Origin: Granulicella sp.
GTDB taxonomy: Bacteria > Acidobacteriota > Terriglobia > Terriglobales > Acidobacteriaceae
Reading direction: 5' to 3'
Assembly (NCBI GenBank): GCA_027339965.1
Contig: DAHWNL010000074.1
Span: 1 to 17,425, forward strand
Length of the DNA: 17,425 nt
Shown here: positions 8,101-14,167 of the stretch, piece after piece
Layout of the letters: the number at the start of each line of letters is the position of its first letter
How positions within the stretch are numbered: the stretch's first letter is position 1
Notes under the pieces: generated by a model
Database searches by the model: none
Seen by the model: only the letters and a program-made list of their open reading frames with translations
Told to the model about the DNA's origin: nothing
Made by a program: the position numbers and the translations under genes

Positions 8101-9494
8101 AGAAGGCCGAAGATCATGCCTGTGATCGCGCCGTTCTGCGTGGCGAACCGGGTGAGCGTTCCGAGCAGAAAGACGCCGAGCAGAGAGCCATAGGCAACGG
8201 AAGCGATCGAGAGGCCGATCACGACCACGTGGCCCTTGCCGCCGACCAGAGATGCGTAGGACGCGATGGCGTAGAGCACCAGCGCCCAGAGGACGGTGGA
8301 GGATTTGCTGACCAGAGCGCGCTCCCGGTCATCGGCCTCTGGCCGCAGAGGCGCGTAGAAGTCCACGACGGTGGTTGAGGAGAGGCTGTTCAAGGCGGCG
8401 GAGAGATTGGACATGGCCGCGGCGAGGATGGCCGCGACAAGCAGGCCGGCGATGCCGGGGGGCATCTCCCGGACGATGAAGGTGGGGAAGATCCGGTCGG
8501 CGCTGGAGAACACCGCCGGGTGTTGCGCGTAGAAGACGTAGAGCCCCGCGCCGATGAGCAGGAAGAGAGCGAACTGCACGAAGATCACCACCCCGGAGCT
8601 GAGCAGAGCGAGCTGGGATTCGCGCAGCTTGCGCGCGGCCAGCATGCGCTGCACCATCAACTGATCAGTGCCGTGCGAGGCCATGGTGAGGAAGGCTCCG
8701 CCGAGGAGACCAGCCCAGAAGGTGTAGGCGGTGGTGAGGTTGAAGGTGAAGTTGAACATGTGAAAGCGGCCGGCGGCGGAGGCTACGGCGTGGATGGCGC
8801 TCCAGCCGCCGTGGACGTGGGAGCCGAGTGTGAGCAGCGCGACCAGCGTGCCGCCGAAGTAGATGGCCATCTGCACAACGTCGGTCCAGATGACGGCGGC
8901 CATGCCGCCCTCGAACGTGTAGAGCAGGGTCAGGGCGGAGATGATGCCGATGGAGAGCAGGTCGCGGGTTCCGATGGCGATGCCGACAACGATGGAGACG
9001 GCGAAGACGCGCACGCCCTCAGCAGCCGCTCGCATGACGAGGAACAGGCCGGCGGTAACCTTGTAGAGGGATGGTCCAAAGCGCTGATCGATGAGCTGAT
9101 AGGCGGTGAGCATCCGGCCGGCGAAGTAGCGGGGCAGAAAGAGAATGGCGACCACGATGCGGCCGATCATGTAGCCGATGACGACCTGGAGGAAACTGAA
9201 GTTCCCGGAGAAGGCGACACCGGGGATGGAGATGATGGTGAGCGTGGAGGTCTCCGCGGAGACGATGGAGAGCGAGATGGCCCACCAGGGGACGGTGTTG
9301 TTGGCCAGAAAGTAGCTGCGCAGCGAGCGGTCCGCGGGGGTGCCCGAGCCGGAGAGCTTGCGGAAGCGCAGACCAAAGAGGGTGATTCCCACCAGGTAAA
9401 CGGCGATCAGAGCGAGGTCAAAGGCTCGCAGGCGATGCGGGCCGGAAGGTTGCAGAAGGGTTGCTGCCAGGGATGAGACGTGGATGCCGGGCAA
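5148..9494 (-). CDS. Triple fusion: sodium:solute symporter (SSS) + beta-lactamase-fold serine hydrolase (AmiE-like) + DUF1343/NamZ-like exo-beta-N-acetylmuramidase
   Basis: TTG start at 9494 with AGGAG RBS 6 nt upstream (9501-9505). aa ~24-510 SSS: YFLA, SIVSAETSTLT, GGMAAVIWTDVVQ, HGTDQLMVQR, AAAMSNLSAALNSLSS. aa ~565-1010 serine hydrolase: FDMASLSK (SxxK), LLTHTSG, FRYSDINF, GVAGHAGVFS, FGHTGYTGT. aa ~1040-1448 DUF1343: TNQTG, FSPEHG, SLYG, DLQDVGVRFYTY, LDRP, PSPNLP, YPG, GRGT. One uninterrupted frame. Confidence 0.88.
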   Translation of the reverse strand: MPGIHVSSLAATLLQPSGPHRLRAFDLALIAVYLVGITLFGLRFRKLSGSGTPADRSLRSYFLANNTVPWWAISLSIVSAETSTLTIISIPGVAFSGNFSFLQVVIGYMIGRIVVAILFLPRYFAGRMLTAYQLIDQRFGPSLYKVTAGLFLVMRAAAEGVRVFAVSIVVGIAIGTRDLLSIGIISALTLLYTFEGGMAAVIWTDVVQMAIYFGGTLVALLTLGSHVHGGWSAIHAVASAAGRFHMFNFTFNLTTAYTFWAGLLGGAFLTMASHGTDQLMVQRMLAARKLRESQLALLSSGVVIFVQFALFLLIGAGLYVFYAQHPAVFSSADRIFPTFIVREMPPGIAGLLVAAILAAAMSNLSAALNSLSSTTVVDFYAPLRPEADDRERALVSKSSTVLWALVLYAIASYASLVGGKGHVVVIGLSIASVAYGSLLGVFLLGTLTRFATQNGAITGMIFGLLLNLWLWQGVFPMHLGPITLPPIAWTWYVLIGAAATFFVGALVSLLSGSSPSRRKTVHSVSSSAVGLIALTATLLSLPLLSARAGHAQSLSANAATHSHVPDFSLVSRLILDAVVTHQPPGVALLIGHNGQVVFEHAYGDRKLAGEPGLDGRPSPALPMTMDTVFDMASLSKCLSTATAIMQLYEQGKLRFDDPVEKYLPEFNAQHDPVRAQVTIRMLLTHTSGEPGDITMRSPWGLAKPDFAAGLRRAFTTPLVSAPGAVFRYSDINFILLGYMVQRLSGEPLEVYAQQHIFTPLGMTHTSYLPLARACGAYQVYGAAIGLAPGSSPSHPCKPGDWNVSLLQKIAPTAHDDEGNAQNNPDYNRMLWGSVDDPSTRRMGGVAGHAGVFSTAQDVALFAQALLDRLAGRPSRFPLKRSTLELMVTPEQPGHTSDQLAEANQAQRAAIAAGEAPAAPGLAPHYPSVKHQDLRGYGWDIDSSFSKPRGVVFPVGSFGHTGYTGTTLWIDPGSDTYIVLLANAIHPRGNPPISNLRGQVATAAAEALGLYHPPDSTAPTECGDPNLFCASASSAAAQAAATGRTLIGIDIVEQQHFAPFVTLATEIGHPPVLGVLTNQTGIDSNRRSTIAILANDLPRTVPGAKLATVFSPEHGIFGKQDTTHLRAEVEPITGLPVTSLYGPTEADKRPSHEQLKNLDAVVIDLQDVGVRFYTYETVTGYFLEAAAQEQNEYHHDLKIIVLDRPALIDGSQVQGPISDAAFTTGPGDYIDFMPLPVRNGMTLGELAEYIVGVKHLDSDLTVVPLQHWSRDEYFDQTGLPWVNPSPNLPSVTAATLYPGLGLLDFTGVSAGRGTDSSFSLFGASWMNAAEVARALNRRQIPGVTFTATTATVTDSANRYPFRGQTIPAVRMTLTDRRALDSPEMGVEILSILHRLYPQQFQLAKTLRLLGSRATLDAIERGEDPRLIAKSWQPALNTYLAARGLYLLYE

Positions 9495-9506
9495 GGGGAT
9501 CTCCTG

Positions 9507-11804
9507 CTAGTGGGTTGGCGCGGAGCCTGGCGGGGCCGGGATCTGGGCCGGGATCTGGGCTGGAGTTGGGGATGGAGTTGGACCGGGGGATGGGGATGGG
9601 GTTGGGGACTGCGTTGGAGCGGGCTGCGGCTGCGGGGGTGGTGGAATGCCAAGGTCGGCGGCTGGAGGCAACGTTTTGGAATGACTCCACTGGCGCTGGG
9701 CGCTGCGTACCTTGTCGACGCGGGCATACCACTCTCCGATGGTGTAGTCGTAGTGTTCGAGTACGGGCCGAAGTCCATCCGGCTGGTAGGTTTTGTTCCA
9801 CTGTTCGGCGTACATGTCGCGCAGCCGGGAGTAGGTGGCGATGAGGTCCTGGAGGCGGCCGTTTACGCCGTTGATATCAGAGAGCAGAGCGGGGACGGAG
9901 GGTCTGGGCCGGGGAGCGTTCGGGTTGGTCTGCAAGGTTTGCATCTCAGCCTGCGCCTGGGCATACTCGGTGGCCATCTCATCGGCGAGCTGGAACTTGA
10001 GGCCCAGAAAGTCGATTCTGCGCGCGCCGAACTCCATCGCCGAGATCGCATCCGGCTGGCGCAGGTTCGGTTCCTGTGCCTTGGCCTGCGCGATGAGGGT
10101 CAGCGCGTGCTCCGCGTAAAGCCGCAGGGCGGAGTTGATGGGCCGCATGCGCGCGGCGACCACCTGCCCATCGCCGGACCAGGGATCGAGCCAGAACAAG
10201 CCGTCGGAGCCCTCCGTGGCGGCGATCACTTTGTTGTCATGCAGCAGCGTCATGGCGTTGGTCAGCTCATCCTTTGCCTGGTTCAGCAGCCCCAGCGGAT
10301 CTCCGAAGAAGACCTGGGCAAAGCTGTCCTGAAAGGCGGAGATGGAGGATGTGCCGCGCTGCCAGGCGGCGGCTGCGCCAAAGAGGATCCCATACCAGTT
10401 CATGTTGGCCAGCGATTCCCCGTCGTCGTTCCAAAGGGTGTTGAGCTGTCCTGTGGCGCCGTAGCGCTGGCCGTCGCGGGTGAACTGCTGGATATCTTCA
10501 AGCGCCAACTGCTGGTTGGGCCAGACCTGGCGGTAGTTGTTGATGGCGGGCGCGACCCAGACGGGAATTCCGGCCTGGGTGTAGGGGCGGAGGATGCGCA
10601 GGAATCCGTGAGGGTTGGGAGAGTATCCCCAGGCGACGGCGATGAGCTGATGCTTGATCTGCGCAGGGAGAGCCTTCAATAACTGGGGATCGCTCTGGGC
10701 GATGTCTCCCCAGAAGAGAATCCTGCGATGCAGCGGCTCCAGGCTGGTGACGATCTGCTTGAGGTAATCGATGTAGACGGCGCCCAGGCCTTGCGCGTCC
10801 ACCTGAGCGCGGGTGCGTCCGATGCCCAGGTCATAGGTCTCGTCGCCGCCGATATGCAGGAAGGGGCCGGGGTAGAGCAGGGCAAGCTCCTGGAAGATCT
10901 GGTCGATCAGCGGAATGGATCCAGGTTGGCCGGGGGCGAGGACGGCCCCATGGGGCGTCTCGGCGACATTGGCGTAGGTCTCCCAGAGGAGCAGGTTGTT
11001 GAGGTGGCCGATGGCCTCCTGCTCGGGGATCACCGTGATGTGGTACTTCTGCGCGTAGGCCACCAGTTGGCGAGCATCGGCGGCGGAGATGCTGCCCTGC
11101 GGCGGCGCGGGAAGGGGGTTGGAGGCATACTGCTGGGCGTCTTCAAAGTAGGGCGAATAGACGTTGATTTTGTAGGCGGCCAGGGTGCGGATCAACTTCA
11201 TCTGAAAGGCCAGGGTATCCACCGGGCCACGGGAGAGATCATCGTGCAGGCCACGGTAGCGCATCGCAGGCCAGTCGCGGATCTCCGCGGCGTGCAGCAC
11301 CATGCCGGAGGGCAGGCGCTCGAACATCTGCTTGGCGGTTTGCGCCGCATAGAACAGGCCGGCGCTGCTGGCTCCGGTCAAGGTCAGCGTGCGGTGCGCG
11401 TAGCGGATCGTGTAGCCTTCCGCGCGCATCTCCGCAGTGAAGCTGGAGTCCGGGTAGTGGGAGAGCCGATGCAGGACGATACGCAGTCCGCGGCCTGTCG
11501 GGACGCCGCGGTCTTGAAGGGTCTGGCTCAGGTCGTCGGCGGTGAACGCGTCCGGGGAGGAACAGGCGGGACAGAGGACTGTGACTGAGCCGACCGGTAT
11601 CGCCTGGACGTTGGCCACCTGCCGCGGCATCGGGATCAGGCGCAGGGCGAGCTGGGCAGCGGCCAGGGGCGGCGCTGAGGCCGCCGATAAAAGCGCTGCG
11701 GGCACCCATAAAAGCACCGCGGGCACCCAGAGCAGCGCCGCGCGGAGTGCGGCTGTGGCTGAACCAAGAGAGGAACCAAGAGATGGCATAAAGTTACGGT
11801 ACAT
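9507..11804 (-). CDS. Secreted beta-N-acetylhexosaminidase, glycoside hydrolase family 20, with Pro-rich C-terminal tail
   Basis: GH20b/GH20 motifs LIPMPR, EGYTI, GLFYAAQT, IRDWPAMRYRGLHDDLSRG, catalytic HIGGDE. Signal-peptide-like N-terminus after ATG 11804 (alternative ATG 11789). The track's extension to 12959 is treated as a shadow frame. Stop is 12 nt from the next gene's start. Confidence 0.88.
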   Translation of the reverse strand: MYRNFMPSLGSSLGSATAALRAALLWVPAVLLWVPAALLSAASAPPLAAAQLALRLIPMPRQVANVQAIPVGSVTVLCPACSSPDAFTADDLSQTLQDRGVPTGRGLRIVLHRLSHYPDSSFTAEMRAEGYTIRYAHRTLTLTGASSAGLFYAAQTAKQMFERLPSGMVLHAAEIRDWPAMRYRGLHDDLSRGPVDTLAFQMKLIRTLAAYKINVYSPYFEDAQQYASNPLPAPPQGSISAADARQLVAYAQKYHITVIPEQEAIGHLNNLLLWETYANVAETPHGAVLAPGQPGSIPLIDQIFQELALLYPGPFLHIGGDETYDLGIGRTRAQVDAQGLGAVYIDYLKQIVTSLEPLHRRILFWGDIAQSDPQLLKALPAQIKHQLIAVAWGYSPNPHGFLRILRPYTQAGIPVWVAPAINNYRQVWPNQQLALEDIQQFTRDGQRYGATGQLNTLWNDDGESLANMNWYGILFGAAAAWQRGTSSISAFQDSFAQVFFGDPLGLLNQAKDELTNAMTLLHDNKVIAATEGSDGLFWLDPWSGDGQVVAARMRPINSALRLYAEHALTLIAQAKAQEPNLRQPDAISAMEFGARRIDFLGLKFQLADEMATEYAQAQAEMQTLQTNPNAPRPRPSVPALLSDINGVNGRLQDLIATYSRLRDMYAEQWNKTYQPDGLRPVLEHYDYTIGEWYARVDKVRSAQRQWSHSKTLPPAADLGIPPPPQPQPAPTQSPTPSPSPGPTPSPTPAQIPAQIPAPPGSAPTH
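9510..9645 (-). repeat. Low-complexity Pro/Ser/Thr/Gln repeat tail (PPPQPQPAPTQSPTPSPSPGPTPSPTPAQIPAQIPAPP)
   Basis: 12-bp tandem unit gggccgggatct twice (9532-9555) and ggggat/ggagtt-type hexamer repeats on the + strand. Confidence 0.8.
11687..11784 (-). repeat. In-frame tandem microduplications in the GH20 signal region
   Basis: 21-bp units ataaaagcgctgcgggcaccc (11687-11707) and ataaaagcaccgcgggcaccc (11708-11728) plus a partial third, encoding repeated A[A/V]LLWVP. 12-bp units gaaccaagagag/gaaccaagagat (11761-11784) encoding SLGS twice. Confidence 0.8.
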
Positions 11805-11990
11805 CACCGCGCCGGATGGCAGAATGGCTTGGAGGCCGGTGGCGCAGCCCGGTGCCCCGCCGCTCCAGAAGCGCAGGACGAAGGATCGCGCCAAGGTCCG
11901 TGCGCCGCAGGCTTCGGGAAGGGTTTGTGGATCGGGTGTGAATCTGGGATAGACTCCAGGCAGAGAAATTGGAGGGGAGGGTTCCGAACC

Positions 11991-12857
11991 ATGCGCAAGG
12001 GACGGGATGACGAGGATGGCCAAGCGGTTTTGACGATCGATGCTCATCACCATCTTTGGCGGTACCGTGCGCCTGAGTACGGCTGGATTAGTGATGCGAT
12101 GGCTTCGCTGCGGCGGGATTTTCTCCCTGCCGAGTTGGAGCAGGAACTCAGAGCTGCAGGGGTCCAGGGAACAGTTGCCGTGCAGGCCAGGGAGACCGTG
12201 GAAGAGACGAACTGGCTGTTGGAGTGTGCGCGCTCTTTGCCGGCGATACGGGGGGTGGTGGGGTGGGCGCCGCTGGCGTCTGACAATCTTGCCGCGGTGC
12301 TGGACGGCTGGAGCGAGGAGCGGCGGCTGGTGGGTCTTCGGGAGATTGCTCAAGGCAAGCCGGCCGGATTTCTGGACGATGAGCTGTTCAACCGTGGCGT
12401 GCGGCAGCTCGCGGAGCGAAACCTGACCTACGATGTGCTGATCTTTCAGAACCAGTTGCCGGAAGCCATCCGGTTTGTGGATGCGCATCCCCGGCAGCGA
12501 TTTGTGCTGGACCACGCGGCCAAGCCACGCATCGCCGCTGCTGAGCTGGAGCCATGGAGAACCCATATGCACGAGCTGGCCCGGCGCGTGAACGTTGTCT
12601 GCAAGGTCTCCGGCATGGTGACGGAGGCTGACTGGGAGCGCTGGACGCCGGAGGCTCTGCGCCCCTATCTGGATGTCTGCGTGGAAGCCTTCGGACCGAG
12701 GCGTCTGATGGTTGGATCCGACTGGCCGGTGTGCCTGGTGGCGGCGAACTACTCCCGTTGGTGGGAGGTGCTGCGGCAGTACTTTGCCGCGTTTGGCGCG
12801 GAGGAGAAGCGGAGGATCTTTGGCGGCAATGCCGTGGAGTTCTACGCGCTGCCATGA
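11991..12857 (+). CDS. Amidohydrolase family (Amidohydro_2/COG3618), probable L-fucono/L-rhamnono-lactonase
   Basis: IDAHHHLW, RRDFLP, TVAVQA, ETNWLL, GVVGW, VLDHAAKP, CKVSGMVTEADW, FGPRRLMVGSDWPVC, IFGGNA. ATG 11991 follows GGAGGGGAGG (11971-11980); TTG 12030 is an alternative start. Confidence 0.85.
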   Translation: MRKGRDDEDGQAVLTIDAHHHLWRYRAPEYGWISDAMASLRRDFLPAELEQELRAAGVQGTVAVQARETVEETNWLLECARSLPAIRGVVGWAPLASDNLAAVLDGWSEERRLVGLREIAQGKPAGFLDDELFNRGVRQLAERNLTYDVLIFQNQLPEAIRFVDAHPRQRFVLDHAAKPRIAAAELEPWRTHMHELARRVNVVCKVSGMVTEADWERWTPEALRPYLDVCVEAFGPRRLMVGSDWPVCLVAANYSRWWEVLRQYFAAFGAEEKRRIFGGNAVEFYALP

Positions 12858-12910
12858 ATCAGATTTGGTTCGGATATCCACCGAATTTATGAAATCCACA
12901 TGGAAAAGCC

Positions 12911-12939
12911 TTGATAGAAGCAGGAGCGCGAAGGATACT
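12911..12939 (+). promoter_or_regulatory. Probable sigma70 promoter for the MerR-TPR gene
   Basis: TTGATA (12911-12916), 17-nt spacer, GATACT (12934-12939), in a comparatively AT-rich intergenic stretch about 50 nt upstream of the ATG. Confidence 0.45.
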
Positions 12940-12991
12940 CGCCGTAGGGCATGCCACAACCCGTGGTAGCTATTGACGCCGAGTACTTGAG

Positions 12992-13909
12992 ATGAGCGCC
13001 GTGAGCCAATACTGCCGGAAAGATGTACTGCGTATTCTCAGAGTTCCTGCTCGCAAGCTGGCTACCTGGGAGAGGGCAGGGCTGATCGCCTCCACGGAGA
13101 TTTACTCCTTTGATGAACTGGTGCAACTGAGAAAGCTGCGCGATCTGGCCGCAACGCGGATCTCCGTGCGCAGTATTCGCCAGTCCGTGGATGCCATGCA
13201 GAAGGTCTCGGGCATGAGGAACCCGCTGCTGGAGTCGGTAGCGGTGCTGCATGGCTCCCGGGTGGCATTTCGGCAGTGGGGCGCTCTGGTGGATCCCATG
13301 ACCCGCCAGATGGCTTTCGATTTTGAACTGGCGCCGCGCAGCGGTCTGGCCGTGGTGCGCAGGAACACCGCAGAGCAGGGCGTGCCCGGCTCCGATCTGC
13401 AGGAGATGTTTCTGCGCGCGGTCCGTCTGGAGGAGATCCCAGGCCGGATGGACGAGGCGAAGAACGTCTATGAGACGATCCTGGAGATCCAGCCGGATCA
13501 CGCCGCGTCGGCCATCAACCTGGGGACCATCCTCTACAACGAGCGGGAGTTTGCCGAAGCGGAGCGGAGGTATCGCCAGGCGGTGCAGGCGGATCCCGAG
13601 TATGCCCTGGCGCACTTTGACCTGGGCAATGCGCTGGATGAGCAGCAGCGCATGGCCGAGGCGATCCAGGCCTATCAACAGGCTCTGGCCCTGGTGCCCC
13701 AGTATGCGGATGCGCACTACAACCTGGCGCTGGCCTATGAGCGCATCCAGGAGCCGCGCAAGGCGCTGAAGCACTGGATGACCTACTCGCGGCTGGATCC
13801 GGCGGGGCCATGGTCCAGCCATGCGCGCAGCCAGGCGCGAAGGATTCTGGGCGATGAGCGCCTGACGATCGTGGCGCGTCATGGGCGCACGATGCGAATC
13901 GCCGGATAG
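12992..13909 (+). CDS. Tetratricopeptide-repeat protein with N-terminal MerR-type helix-turn-helix
   Basis: N-terminus YCRKDVLRILRVPARKLATWERAGLI...YSFDELVQLR fits a MerR wHTH pattern. About four TPRs (AAINLGTILY, AHFDLGNALDE, AHYNLALAYE). Confidence 0.8.
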   Translation: MSAVSQYCRKDVLRILRVPARKLATWERAGLIASTEIYSFDELVQLRKLRDLAATRISVRSIRQSVDAMQKVSGMRNPLLESVAVLHGSRVAFRQWGALVDPMTRQMAFDFELAPRSGLAVVRRNTAEQGVPGSDLQEMFLRAVRLEEIPGRMDEAKNVYETILEIQPDHAASAINLGTILYNEREFAEAERRYRQAVQADPEYALAHFDLGNALDEQQRMAEAIQAYQQALALVPQYADAHYNLALAYERIQEPRKALKHWMTYSRLDPAGPWSSHARSQARRILGDERLTIVARHGRTMRIAG

Positions 13910-14167
13910 AGCCTCAAGCCTGGTCTGAACTCACTCCCCAGGCGAGCCGCGGAGATAAGCCCATCGTTGCGCCCGATCGCTTCGGACTCACGGATTTGCT
14001 CACCGTCGAGTAGACTGACGCAGTGCCATCATTTCTGGAACAGCTGCTGGGAGCGCTGCTGAGGTCGCTGCGGAGAACTGCTCTGGTATCCATTCTGGGA
14101 GCCATTTCGGAATGATGGGCGCCAGGGATGGCTCTGCCTTTGCGACCATCCGCAGGAGACCCGCCTG

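Noticed and set aside
11829..11990. Track start of the amidohydrolase at 11829
   Set aside because: Adds 54 low-complexity residues and fills the divergent promoter region. A strong RBS precedes ATG 11991 and homology starts at IDAHHH.
11805..12959. N-terminal 385-codon extension of the GH20 ORF (1150-aa track ORF) suggesting a large fusion or overlapping gene
   Set aside because: It is antisense to the clearly recognisable amidohydrolase, has no motifs and has shadow-frame composition. A signal peptide begins only after ATG 11804.
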